A DNA stretch of 32,000 bases, taken from NCBI RefSeq assembly GCF_016127575.1, contig NZ_CP066020.1, positions 90,001-122,000 of the forward strand, in the 5' to 3' direction. The DNA comes from Cupriavidus necator (GTDB lineage Bacteria; Pseudomonadota; Gammaproteobacteria; Burkholderiales; Burkholderiaceae). A program made the translations under genes and the position numbers. Positions 9,167 to 18,820 of this stretch are shown here, in pieces. Each line of letters opens with the position of its first letter. Within the stretch, counting starts at the first letter, position 1. A model generated the notes under the pieces. That model was not told the DNA's origin, searched no databases, and saw nothing but the letters and a program-made list of their open reading frames with translations.

Positions 9167-9444
9167 GTATCCCCGGACAGATCCTGGAAGTGCGCGACGC
9201 CGCCAATGCCTTGGCGATGGTCGAGGTCGGCGGCGTGCGGCGCCTGATCAATATCGCCTTCATCGTGGACGACGACCACAAGGCCGAGGCTTGTGTGGGT
9301 GAATGGGTGCTGGTCCACGTGGGCTTTGCCATGAGCCGCCTGGACGAGGCGGAGGCGGCGCGCACGCTGGCGCTGCTGCATGAGCTCGGGATTGCGCAGG
9401 CCGAGTTCGACGAGATGCGCGCGGGGTCGCCGGCCCCGCCATAG
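9157..9444 (+). CDS. hypC2: Hydrogenase maturation chaperone HypC
   Basis: N-terminal [12 protein letters not shown] with the essential Cys2; [12 protein letters not shown] core. Overlaps the hypF3 end by 10 nt. Confidence 0.92.
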   Translation: MCLGIPGQILEVRDAANALAMVEVGGVRRLINIAFIVDDDHKAEACVGEWVLVHVGFAMSRLDEAEAARTLALLHELGIAQAEFDEMRAGSPAPP

Positions 9445-9515
9445 CGGGCGGGGGCAGGAGAACAGGGCGGGAGCAAGGCTGGGACGGCAGGAATCACGTA
9501 GCAAGGAGACGCGGC

Positions 9516-10205
9516 ATGCCCGGGGAAACACCACTGCAAGGGCTGTATCCATTCCTGCACGGGGAGCGGCAGGACGGCGCCAGGCTTGACGCAGCCTTAC
9601 TCGCTTCCGTGCAGCAGAAGGCCAGCGACAGCATTGACGCCAAGCGCCGCTTCTTCGAGCAGAACGGGCCCGTGGTGGTGGCGGTGGCCCAGGCAATTGC
9701 CTTGACCTACCGCAACGGCGGCCGGCTGTTTGCCATGGGCAACGGCGGGTCGAGCTGCGACGCGGCGCATATCGCGGTGGAGTTCCTGCATCCCGTCACG
9801 GCGGGTCGGCCGGCGCTCGCGGCCGTCAACCTCGTCGCGGATACGGCGATGATGACCGCAGTTGGGAACGACGTGGGCTTCGCCCACGTCTTCGTGCGCC
9901 AGCTGGTGGCGCAGGCGAGGCGCGGCGACGCGCTGATCGGTGTCTCGACCAGCGGCAACTCGGAAAATCTGCTCGCGGCCTTCGCCAAGGGCAAGGAGAT
10001 GGGTCTGGCGACCATCGGCCTGTCTGGTCACGACGGCGGCCGCATGGCGGCGAGCGCGGACCTCGATCACTGCCTGGTGGTGGACAGCGACAGCATTCAC
10101 CGGGTGCAGGAAACCCATGTTGCGATCTACCACATCCTGTGGGATCTGGTGCACACGTTGCTCGCCGAGGACCGCGGCGGGCTGGCCGCAGGAGGCGCGC
10201 GATGA
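9516..10205 (+). CDS. SIS-domain protein (GmhA/DiaA phosphoheptose-isomerase-like) embedded between hypC and hypD
   Basis: AAGGAGA SD before ATG 9516. SIS motifs FAMGNGGSSCDAAH and GVSTSGNSENL. The stop overlaps the hypD start (ATGA at 10202-10205). Confidence 0.85.
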   Translation: MPGETPLQGLYPFLHGERQDGARLDAALLASVQQKASDSIDAKRRFFEQNGPVVVAVAQAIALTYRNGGRLFAMGNGGSSCDAAHIAVEFLHPVTAGRPALAAVNLVADTAMMTAVGNDVGFAHVFVRQLVAQARRGDALIGVSTSGNSENLLAAFAKGKEMGLATIGLSGHDGGRMAASADLDHCLVVDSDSIHRVQETHVAIYHILWDLVHTLLAEDRGGLAAGGAR

Positions 10206-11413
10206 AGTACGTCGACGAATTCCGCGATCCCGCCAAGGCGCAGGCGCTGGCGCGGGAAATCCGTGATCTGGTGGCAGGCATGGGCCGCGCCAGGCGGCGC
10301 CCGCTGCAGATCATGGAGGTGTGCGGCGGCCATACGCATACGATTTTCCGCTACGGCATCCAGCAACTCTTGCCCGACGAGGTGGAGTTCGTGCATGGCC
10401 CGGGGTGCCCGGTATGCGTGCTGCCGATGGGGCGCGTCGACGACTGCGTGGCGCTGGCCGAGCGCCCCGAAGTGATATTCACAACGTTCGGCGACGCCAT
10501 GCGCGTGCCCGGCTCCCGCAAAAGCCTGCTCAAGGCCAAGGCGGATGGCGCCGATGTGCGGATGGTCTACTCGCCGATCGACGCGCTGGCGCTCGCGCGC
10601 AACCATCCGGACCGCGAAGTGATCTTCTTCGGCCTGGGCTTCGAGACCACCATGCCGAGCACCGCCATGACCGTTCTGCGCGCGCGGGCCGAGGGCGTGC
10701 GCAACTTCTCGCTGTTCTGCAACCACATCACGATCATCCCGACCATCAAGGCCATTCTCGATTCACCTGACCTGCAGATCGACGGCTTCCTCGGTCCGGG
10801 CCATGTCAGCATGGTGATCGGCACGCAACCGTACGAGTTTATCGCCCGGCACTACCGCAAGCCGATCACCGTGGCGGGCTTCGAGCCGCTGGACGTGCTG
10901 CAGTCGATGTGGATGGTCCTCAGGCAGATCGCGCAGGGCCGCTGCGAAGTGGAGAACCAGTACGGACGGATCGTGCCGGCAGCGGGCAATGCGCAGGCGC
11001 TGGCGGCGATTCAGGAAGTGTTCGAGCTGCGCGAGTTCTTCGAATGGCGCGGACTGGGCTCGATCGACTTCTCGGGTGTGCGGATGCGCGAGGCATTCTC
11101 CGCGTTCGACGCCGAGCGCAAGTTCACCGTGCCCGACGTCAAGATCGCCGACCCCAAGGCCTGCCAGTGCGGCGAGGTGCTCAAGGGCGTGATCAAGCCC
11201 CATCAATGCAAGGTGTTCGGCACCGCCTGCACGCCGGAGTCGCCGCTGGGGTCGCTGATGGTCTCGAGCGAGGGCGCCTGCGCGGCGTACTACCATTACT
11301 GCCGCATCGACACCTCCCGGCTCGGGCGACATGGCGCGCGAGCGGCCGGGCAAACGGCAACCAGGGATGCGGTTGCCAACGAGCGGGCCGCAGCCGGAGC
11401 CGGCCATGAATGA
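10202..11413 (+). CDS. hypD2: Hydrogenase maturation FeS protein HypD
   Basis: MKYVDEFRD start; motifs VCGGHTH, GPGCPVCV, GFETT, and C-terminal SSEGACAAYYHY. About 35 aa of Ala/Arg-rich tail follows the last conserved motif. Confidence 0.92.
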   Translation: MKYVDEFRDPAKAQALAREIRDLVAGMGRARRRPLQIMEVCGGHTHTIFRYGIQQLLPDEVEFVHGPGCPVCVLPMGRVDDCVALAERPEVIFTTFGDAMRVPGSRKSLLKAKADGADVRMVYSPIDALALARNHPDREVIFFGLGFETTMPSTAMTVLRARAEGVRNFSLFCNHITIIPTIKAILDSPDLQIDGFLGPGHVSMVIGTQPYEFIARHYRKPITVAGFEPLDVLQSMWMVLRQIAQGRCEVENQYGRIVPAAGNAQALAAIQEVFELREFFEWRGLGSIDFSGVRMREAFSAFDAERKFTVPDVKIADPKACQCGEVLKGVIKPHQCKVFGTACTPESPLGSLMVSSEGACAAYYHYCRIDTSRLGRHGARAAGQTATRDAVANERAAAGAGHE

Positions 11414-12473
11414 CCGTGTTCCGGTCCCGCCGGCACGCGCGGCGCGCGTGCGGGACACGACCATCAACCTGACCCACGGAAGCGGCGGCCGAGCGATGCG
11501 AGACCTGATCGAAGACGTGTTCGTGAGCACCTTCGACAATCCCGCGCTGGCCGCGCTAGAGGACCAGGCTGTGTTCCCGCTGGTCAGCCTGGCAGCCCAC
11601 GGCGACCGGCTGGCCTTTACCACCGACAGCTACGTGGTAGATCCGCTGTTCTTTCCCGGCGGCGACATCGGTACGCTTGCCGCGGCGGGAACCGTGAACG
11701 ACCTCGCGGTGTGCGGCGCGACGCCGCTGTTCCTGTCGTGCGGCGTGGTGCTGGAGGAAGGCTTGCCGGTCGACACCTTGCGCCGGGTCGCGGCCAGCAT
11801 GCAGCGCGTCGCGCGGGCAGCCGGCGTCGCGATCGTCACGGGCGACACCAAGGTGGTCGAGCGCGGCAGCGCGGACAAGCTGTTTATCAATACGGCCGGG
11901 ATCGGCGTGGTGCGCGCGGGGCTATCGATCTCCGCGCGCCATGCGCGTGCGGGAGACGTGGTTCTCGTCAATGGCTATCTTGGCGACCATGGCGCGGCGA
12001 TCCTGGTGGCCCGCCAGCAACTCGCACTTGAGGCCGACCTGCAAAGCGACTGCCGCCCGCTCAACGGGCTGGTCGCCGCGATGCTCGACGCCTGCCCCGA
12101 TATCCACTGCTTGCGCGACGCCACGCGCGGCGGCGTGGCGACAGTGCTCAACGAGTTCGCGCAGGCCTCCGGCGTGGCCATCCGCATCCGCGAGGTGGAC
12201 GTGCCGCTGCGCGAGGCTGTCAAGGGAGCGTGCGAGATCCTCGGGCTGGATCCGCTGTACCTGGCCAACGAAGGCATCCTGGTGGCCATAGTGCCGCCGG
12301 AGGATGCCGCGCGCGTGCTGGCGGCCATGCGCGCGCATCCTGATGGCAGGCAGGCGGCGGCCATCGGCGAAGTGGAGCCGGGGCCGGCGGGGCTGGTGGT
12401 TCTGCACACCGGCTTTGGCGGGCAGCGGGTTGTGGACATGCTGGTGGGCGAGCAGCTGCCGCGGATCTGCTGA
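11406..12473 (+). CDS. hypE2: Hydrogenase maturation protein HypE (carbamoyl dehydratase)
   Basis: ATG 11406 overlaps the hypD end by 8 nt. LTHGSGGRAM near the N-terminus. PurM-like body. Diagnostic C-terminal PRIC. Confidence 0.92.
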   Translation: MNDRVPVPPARAARVRDTTINLTHGSGGRAMRDLIEDVFVSTFDNPALAALEDQAVFPLVSLAAHGDRLAFTTDSYVVDPLFFPGGDIGTLAAAGTVNDLAVCGATPLFLSCGVVLEEGLPVDTLRRVAASMQRVARAAGVAIVTGDTKVVERGSADKLFINTAGIGVVRAGLSISARHARAGDVVLVNGYLGDHGAAILVARQQLALEADLQSDCRPLNGLVAAMLDACPDIHCLRDATRGGVATVLNEFAQASGVAIRIREVDVPLREAVKGACEILGLDPLYLANEGILVAIVPPEDAARVLAAMRAHPDGRQAAAIGEVEPGPAGLVVLHTGFGGQRVVDMLVGEQLPRIC

Positions 12474-12509
12474 GTGGCCGCACCCGGTGGACAGCAAGCG
12501 AAGGCCGAC

Positions 12510-12839
12510 ATGCACGAACTAAGTATCGCGAACAGCGTGGTCGAGATCTGTGCCGAGCAGGCGCGGGGCGCGCGCGTGCTCTGGGTGCAGCTCGAGATCG
12601 GCCGGCTATGTGCGGTGATGCCGGATGCTATCCGGTTCTGCTTCGACGTGTGTGCGAAGGATACGGCGGTGGAAGGCGCGGAGCTGGAGATCGTGGAGAC
12701 TCCCGGCGTGGCGCGCTGCTTGGCCTGCGGCGCCGAGTTGGAGATCGCGGTGCCGTTCGGGCAGTGCGCGTGCGGCAGCGAGAACCTGGAGTTGATCTCC
12801 GGGCAGCAGTTGAAGATCCGGCGCATGGAGGTGGCGTGA
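12510..12839 (+). CDS. hypA3: Nickel insertion protein HypA
   Basis: MHELSIA N-terminus (Ni site). Zn motif CLACG...CACGS. 109 aa. Confidence 0.9.
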   Translation: MHELSIANSVVEICAEQARGARVLWVQLEIGRLCAVMPDAIRFCFDVCAKDTAVEGAELEIVETPGVARCLACGAELEIAVPFGQCACGSENLELISGQQLKIRRMEVA

Positions 12840-13855
12840 TGTGCACGACTTGCGGTTGCGGCGATACGACGGGCGCAGTGGTCTCGGGCCCGGCAGCAGA
12901 AGGTGAACCGGCGCCAACAGCCGGCGCGGGACAGGACGTGGTGCATGCGCATCCGTATCCGGATGCCATGTCACCCGGGCCCGCGCAGGAGGCCGGCGGC
13001 ATGGTGTTGCGCAAGCATCCCGCCGACGATCATGCCGGCCACGCGGGTGCCCTCCTGCATGCGCCCATGCATCGGCGTGCCATGCATTACCACGACCATC
13101 CGCTCGAGCATGCGCACGCTCATTCCCACGAACACGCCCACGAACATGCTCACGAACATGCTCACATCCACGGCACCTCCGTCGTCATCGAGCAGGACAT
13201 CCTCGCCAAGAACCAGTGGATCGCGCAGCGCAATCGCGGCTGGCTGGCGGGGCGCTCCATTGTTGCGCTGAACCTCGTCAGTTCGCCAGGGGCCGGCAAG
13301 ACCACGCTGCTGGAACGCACCATCCGCGACCTGGGCCCGACGCTGGAGTTGACGGTGATCGAAGGGGATCAGGCCACGCTGAACGACGCGCAGCGCATCC
13401 GCGCGGCCGGCTGCCGTGCGATCCAGGTCAATACCGGCACGGGCTGCCACCTGGATGCAGACATGATCTCGCGCGCGCTGACCGCTCTCGATCCGCCGCC
13501 GCATTCAGTTGTCATGATCGAGAATGTGGGCAACCTTATCTGTCCGGCCCTGTTCGACCTTGGGGAGCAGGCCAAGGTGGTGATCCTCTCCGTGACCGAA
13601 GGCGAAGACAAGCCGCTTAAGTATCCACACATGTTCCGTGCCAGCAGCCTGATGCTGATGACCAAGACGGACCTGCTGCCGTACGTGAGCTTCGACGTGG
13701 CACGCTGCCTCGCCTGTGCGCGCCAGGTCAATCCGGACATCGCGATCCTACAGGTGTCGGCGCTGTCCGGCGCGGGAATGGATGACTGGTATCTCTGGCT
13801 TCGTACCGCCTGCGCAGGGCGTATCGCGCCGCCTGAGGACTCGTTTCCGGCGTGA
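12839..13855 (+). CDS. hypB3: Nickel-binding GTPase HypB with a long His-rich N-terminal region
   Basis: ATG 12839 overlaps the hypA3 stop (TGATG). MCTTCGC high-affinity Ni motif; HAHAHSHEHAHEHAHEHAHIH tract; P-loop SSPGAGKTT; ENVGNLICPA. Confidence 0.92.
   Translation: MCTTCGCGDTTGAVVSGPAAEGEPAPTAGAGQDVVHAHPYPDAMSPGPAQEAGGMVLRKHPADDHAGHAGALLHAPMHRRAMHYHDHPLEHAHAHSHEHAHEHAHEHAHIHGTSVVIEQDILAKNQWIAQRNRGWLAGRSIVALNLVSSPGAGKTTLLERTIRDLGPTLELTVIEGDQATLNDAQRIRAAGCRAIQVNTGTGCHLDADMISRALTALDPPPHSVVMIENVGNLICPALFDLGEQAKVVILSVTEGEDKPLKYPHMFRASSLMLMTKTDLLPYVSFDVARCLACARQVNPDIAILQVSALSGAGMDDWYLWLRTACAGRIAPPEDSFPA
13127..13162 (+). repeat. Three tandem 12-nt units (cacgaacaYgcY) encoding (HEHA)3 inside hypB3
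   Basis: Direct reading: cacgaacacgcc cacgaacatgct cacgaacatgct, followed by cac. Confidence 0.85.
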
Positions 13856-14287
13856 CCAGGGCATCGCTGGGCGGCACGTACCGGGTCGTGACTGTACAAA
13901 TGGAGTGATCCATCTGTCAGAAATGCCAGGTTCATGGTGTAGCGCGCCACGCCGTCGCGGCGCTCACGCGCTTCCGTGTGAAGCATCATGAGGTGATGCC
14001 TTGCCTACCTGCGCTAGCGAGCATATCGGGACATACCCCAGAGTCATGACGATTGAAAGCTGGCTGAAAGATCGGCTCACTACGGTTCGACCCATCCCTG
14101 CCAGCATGCGTCTGCATGCCAGGAACACCCTGCGCCTGAGGCTGCGCGCAGTGCCGCATTTCAAGTACTTTGAGGAGTATCGTTTTGCGCCTACGCAGCC
14201 CAAAGGATTAGCCTCCGGCCTGATGTTCATCCTGGTCGGGTTGGACTGTGGCCGGCTTTCATTACTGGTTAAGGAGTCGGCCAAAAA

Positions 14288-15780
14288 ATGGAACTATTCG
14301 AACACCTGGCCCTTGGATTCTCCACGGCGCTAACGCTGCAGAACCTGGCCAACTGCTTCCTCGGCTGCGTGCTCGGTACGCGTGCTGCCGGGCATCGGTC
14401 CGCTGGCCACCATCGCCATGCTGCTGCCGGTGACCTACACGCTGCCGCCGGTGGCCGCGCTGATCATGCTGGCCGGTATCTACTACGGCGCGCAATATGG
14501 CGGCTCCACTACCGCCATCCTGGTCAACCTGCCGGGCGAGTCGTCATCGGTGGTGACCACCATCGATGGCTACCAGATGGCGCGGCGGGGACGAGCGGGG
14601 GTGGCGCTGGCCACCGCCGGCATCGGCTCCTTCTTCGCCGGCTGCGTGTCTACACTGATCCTGGCAGCGTTTGCCACGCCGCTGTCGGAACTGGCGTTCA
14701 AGTTCGGCCCCGCCGAGTACTTCTCGCTGATGTGCCTGGGCCTGATCGGCGCCGTAGTGCTGGCCTCCGGTTCGCTCCCGGAGGCGGTGGCAATGATCGT
14801 GCTGGGGCTTCTGCTGGGCCTGGTCGGCACCGACGTGAACTCGGGCGCCGCGCGTTTCTCCTTTGATGTCCCTGAACTGACCGATGGCATCGACTTCGTC
14901 GCGCTGGCCATGGGCATGTTCGGCTTTGCCGAGATCATCGCCAACCTCGAACAGAAAGAACACCGCGAGACCTTTACCGATCACGTCACCAATCTATGGC
15001 CCTCCAAGGCGGACTTCAGGCGCATGGCACCCGCCGCTGCGCGGTACCGCGCTAGGCTCCATTCTGGGCATCCTGCCCGGCGGCGGTGCGGCGCTGGCTT
15101 CGTTCGCAGCTTACTCGCTGGAAAAGAAGACCTCGAAGTACTCGCAAGAGTTCGGCAAGGGCGCCATCGAAGGCGTGGCAGGTCCGGAGTCGGCCAATAA
15201 CGCCGCGGCGCAGACCTCCTTTATCCCGCTGCTGACGCTGGGCATTCCGCCCAACGCCGTGATGGCGCTGATGGTGGGCGCGATGGCCATCCACAACATC
15301 CAGCCCGGCCCGCAGGTGATGACCAGCAACCCCGCGCTATTCTGGGGCCTGATCGCCTCGATGTGGATCGGCAACCTGATGCTGATCATCCTGAACCTGC
15401 CGCTGATCGGGATCTGGGTGAAGCTGCTGCAAGTGCCTTACCGCTACCTGTACCCGGCCATCCTGGTGTTCTGCTGCATCGGCGTCTTCTCGGTCAACAA
15501 CCAGACCTTCGACGTCTTCACCGCGGCTGGCTTCGGTGTGATCGGCTACCTGTTCATCAAGCTCCAGTGCGAGCCGGCACCACTGCTGCTGGGCTTTGTG
15601 CTGGGACCGATGATGGAGGAGAACTTCCGCCGGACGCTGTTGCTGTCGCGCGGGACGTTCACTGTGTTCGTGACCGGTCCGCTGTCGCTCAGCCTGCTGA
15701 TTGCCGCCGCGCTGCTGGTTGGCATCGTTGCCCTGCCATCGATCAAGGCCAAGCGCGAGGAAGCGTTCCAGGAAGAGTAG
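14288..15780 (+). pseudogene. tctA: Tripartite tricarboxylate transporter large permease TctA, disrupted by two frameshifts; no tctB/tctC partner recognisable
   Basis: Three overlapping ORFs in frames 2, 0 and 1 together read as a TctA-family permease. They are MELFEHLALGFSTALTLQNLANCFLGCVLGT | VLPGIGPLATIAMLLP...WPSKADFRR | AWHPPLRGTALGSILGILPGGGAALASF...KAKREEAFQEE. The frame changes are near 14380 and 15020. AAGGAG SD before ATG 14288. Confidence 0.85.
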
Positions 15781-15884
15781 TGCCCAAGCGCGAAGGACCT
15801 GCGCCGGCCTTCGTGCCGGCGTATGCAGCGTGTTTGGCAAGCCGCTGATGAGCCGCTGAACGACGCGGGGCGAAGCGGTGCTGG

Positions 15885-16508
15885 CTATGCGGCCAGTGGC
15901 ACCCTCAGCGAGAACACCGCGCCACTGCCGGGCACGTTGCCGGCCTCGATGTGGCCACCATAGGCGCGTATGACCTCTTGTGAAAGAGCCAGGCCCAGCC
16001 CCACGCCCTCCGCTGTCCCGGCCCGCGCGCCGGCGCCCCGGTAGAACCGGTCAAACAGATAGGGCAGCTCGCTTTCCAGTATGCCGGGGCCCTCGTCCGC
16101 CACGCTGAGGACGGCATCCAACTGGTCGGTGGCACAGTCGACTATGATCTTGCCGCCCGGCGGCGAGAACTTTAGCGCGTTGTCCAGAAGATTGGCCAGC
16201 ACCAGGCTGACCGGCCCTCGTGCGACTTTTCCGTCAACGGGCGATGTTGCATTGACGACGAGCGTTATCTGCCGCTCGCGGGCACTGGGTTCCACACGGC
16301 GCAGCGTCTCCTGGACCACGGCGTTGAGCGCGACAGTCTGCCCGCTGGGATGCTCCTGGCCCGCGTCGAGTCTGGCCAGCATCAGCAGGTCCTCCACCAG
16401 CAGGGTCAGGCGTCCCACTTCGTCCAGGCACGACCGCAAGGTGTCCACATACTCCTGGCTGTCGCGCTGGCGCCGCAGTGTGACCTCAATCTCCGTACGA
16501 AGCCGGTG
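15885..16508 (-). pseudogene. Sensor histidine kinase, 5'-truncated (end of the dimerisation helix plus the HATPase_c domain only)
   Basis: N box LLDNALKF, G1 DEGPGI, F box FDRFYR, G2 GVGLGLA. Upstream in frame only ...GHRLRTEIEVTLRRQRDSQEYVDTL remains before the similarity stops. No sensor or TM region and no cognate response regulator. Confidence 0.8.
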
Positions 16509-16526
16509 ACCTGATGCGGCAAGTGA

Positions 16527-16790
16527 GGCATTTATCGATTCGAGAGCAAGCTGACAAGCTCAATCGGGTATTACGCGGCCTACGCGTACTATGGCATTGT
16601 GGGGAACTTCCGGGCGTTGCAGAAGGTACATAGAGCGGTGGAGCGTTACTGGCGCAAAATGCTGAGTAGCCGGAGTCGTTCAGGCGGCGTCACCTGGGAG
16701 GCATTCCAGGAAATCAAGAAGCGGTTCCCATTAATGCGACCAAAGCTGCATCTTCCCTATCGGGCGTTGCAAGCTATCGCGGTGCTGTGA
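16527..16790 (+). mobile_element. Fragment: C-terminal tail of a group II intron reverse transcriptase/maturase
   Basis: In-frame translation ...YYAAYAYYGIVGNFRALQKVHRAVERYWRKMLSSRSRSGGVTWEAFQEIKKRFPLMRPKLHLPYRALQAIAVL matches the maturase C-terminal pattern I recall (aYYGi.gN...L..f......W.k.L.rRs....tW..f). The RT domains are absent. Confidence 0.6.
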
Positions 16791-16905
16791 ATCAACTGCT
16801 GAAGAGCGTAGTGCGATATGTGGTGTTGGCTCAAATGTGGTCTTGCGGCGCCCGTGCCGCGATCCTGACGGGATCCGGCCGGCCGAACGCCACATAAAAA
16901 GCCTG

Positions 16906-17830
16906 CTACAAGGACCGGAGAAACGCCATCAACGCGGGATCTTTGGCCCACCGCCTAATCGCCTCTCGATCGCTAGCGATAGTAAGCCGCGCCAGGGCGT
17001 TAGCCTTCATCTCCAAATCAATTTCGGCGTAAACGTTGGTCGTATCGATAGAGACATGACCAAGCCACGCCCGTACTGTGTTGATATCGACGCCGGATCG
17101 AAGCAGGTGGGTCGCTGTTGAATGTCTAATGCTGTGCGGGCTGACGCGCTTGGATGCGAGCGAGGGCATATTGGCTCGCGCCTTGACAGCGTAGCGCTCT
17201 ACGACCGCGTGAATACCGAAACGCGTCAGGGGTTGCCCACAGCGATTGAGGAATACCCGTTCCTGCGGTGGTCGTTGGCCAGCGAGGTTGCACAACTCTT
17301 GCACGGTGTCGGGCCATAGCGGACACTGGCGCTGTTTCTTATCTTGCCGAGAACGCTCACGCTGCTGGAGATCGCATCGACGTTGCCGATGGTCAGGTGG
17401 GCTGCCTCGTCCGCCCGCACACCGGCATTGTAGAGAAACAGCAGCAGGGCGTAGTCACGTCGACCTTGAGATGTACGTCGATCTGGGCAAGCAAGGAGCG
17501 CATCCATTTCAGCCTTGTCGAGATAGGGCACCACCGCTCTTGTAGTCTTCTTGTACGGGATGCAGCGCAACTGGGTGCACCATTGGATATGTTCCGGGCT
17601 GTGCTCGCCAACGAATCGAGCCAAAGCATGGATAGCAGCCAGACGCTGATTCCGCGTCGCGACGCTGCATCCGCGACGGACTTCGATATCTGAGAGGAAG
17701 TCCCGGACGATCTCGGCCGACATATCTGTCATTGCCAGCCGGTCGACCGGTTTGTGGGCTTGACCTGAAACGAAAGGGATCAGTTGGCACAGCGTGTCGC
17801 GGTAGCTCTGCTGGGTGTTGCGAGCGAGGT
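16906..17830 (-). pseudogene. Tyrosine recombinase (phage-integrase family), missing its extreme 5' end and frameshifted near 17340
   Basis: N-part ...NTQQSYRDTLCQLIPFVSG...MSAEIVRDFL...TRNQRLAAIHALARFV...LGK | C-part KKQRQCPLWPDTVQELCNLA...HSIRHSTATHLL...LGHVSIDTTNVYAEID (the catalytic R, HxxR and Y are recognisable). The two parts are in different frames. There is no start codon upstream of the SAM-like domain. Confidence 0.8.
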
Positions 17831-18106
17831 TCCATCTGCTCAGGCGTGACGGTCACCGGCTTGCCAATCGTCCCTGCCGCCAGTTCTCCCTTTTCACTCT
17901 GACGCATCCAAGCCCCAAGGCTACCCTTGGGAATGCCGAGAACCTTGGCCGTGACCGCAATCGATTGGCCGGCCCTCACTTGGCGAACCGCCTCCAATTT
18001 GTATTCCTGTGTGTATTTCGCTCGCGTTTGCTTGCCTGACATGTCTTAGCTCCTTGCTCGTATTTGAACACAGGGCTAAGAACTCCACTCTTCGGGGGCT
18101 AGATCA
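17830..18106 (-). mobile_element. IS3-family remnant: left terminal region plus the first ~70 codons of orfA
   Basis: orfA stub MSGKQTRAKYTQEYKLEAVRQVRAGQSIAVTAKVLGIPKGSLGAWMRQSEKGEL...TPEQME (HTH transposase N-terminus). Similarity ends about 17835. On the - strand the element begins TGATCTAGCCCCCGAAGAGTGG at 18106, where the neighbouring IS91-type ORF loses similarity. Confidence 0.65.
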
Positions 18107-18820
18107 CCGACATCCAGCGTCATGGTCTTGTAGCGGGTGCGCCCTTTGGCCCGGTAGTCCTTCCAGCGGAAGGTCACGCCACGCTCGTCCAGGGCGAGCA
18201 GGCGCTGGTTGGAGATCGCCACGCGGTGGGTATAGCGCGACAGGTAGGCCAGTACCGCCTCGGGCCCGGCGAAGGTCGCGTGGCATAGACCACCCATTCG
18301 CGAAGCGGCGCGATCCACTGCGCGAAGGCGGCTGGATCGGCGAGCGTGGCGTAGTCACCGAAGAACCGCAATTGCCCCCGACCATGCGCGGCCTGGAGGG
18401 CCTCGAGGAAGCGGCGTCGGAACAGGCGGGAGAGCACGCGCACCGGCAGGAAGAAGCCGGGGCGGCAAGCCACCCACCGTTCGCCGTCCAGTGACAGGCC
18501 GCCGCCGGGGACGATGCCGTGCACGTGCGGATGATGCGTGAGTGCCGATCCCCAGGTGTGCAGCACCAGGGTGGCGCCAATCTGCGCGCCGAGGTGCTTC
18601 GGGTCGGCGGCGATGGTGCGCAGGGTGTCGGCGGCGACATCAAACAACAGGCCGTAGATCACCGCCTTGTTGTACCACGCGATGGCGCTGATGGGCGCGG
18701 GCAGCGTGAACACGACGTGGTAGTACTCCACGGGCAGCAGATCGTCACTGCGCGCTTCGAGCCAGCGACGTGCCGCGCTGGCTTGGCACTTGGGGCAATG
18801 CCGGTTGCGGCAGGTAATGG
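18107..18820 (-). pseudogene. IS91-family (HUH Y2) transposase fragment, truncated at both ends and frameshifted near 18275
   Basis: ITCRNRHCPKCQASAARRWL...YYHVVFTLP...LHTWGSALTHHPHVHGIVPGGGL...REWVVYA | FAGPEAVLAYLSRYTHRVAISNQRLLALDERGVTFRWKDYR...TLD. The C-terminal part is replaced by the IS3 end. Confidence 0.75.

Noticed and set aside
13856-14287. 432-nt gap between hypB3 and tctA, searched for tctB/tctC remnants, a terminator or a small RNA. The ORF at 14001-14333 ends in a hydrophobic stretch, GLASGLMFILVGL.
   Set aside because: There is no convincing family motif, no SD-linked start, and no stem-loop followed by a T-run. A TctB remnant is possible but unsupported.
15781-15884. Imperfect hairpin cgaagg...ccttcg between the convergent tctA and kinase fragments, considered as a bidirectional terminator.
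   Set aside because: The stem is short and interrupted, and no U-tract follows on either strand.
16791-16905. Searched for group II intron domains V/VI downstream of the maturase tail. Found a GC-rich hairpin at about 16846-16876 (ccg-t-gccg-c-gatcc tgacg ggatc cggc cgg).
   Set aside because: Its bulges are on the 5' strand and there is no AGC/CGC catalytic-triad context. It does not fit the 34-nt domain V architecture. It may be just a palindrome around a GGATCC site, or a terminator for the convergent recombinase gene.
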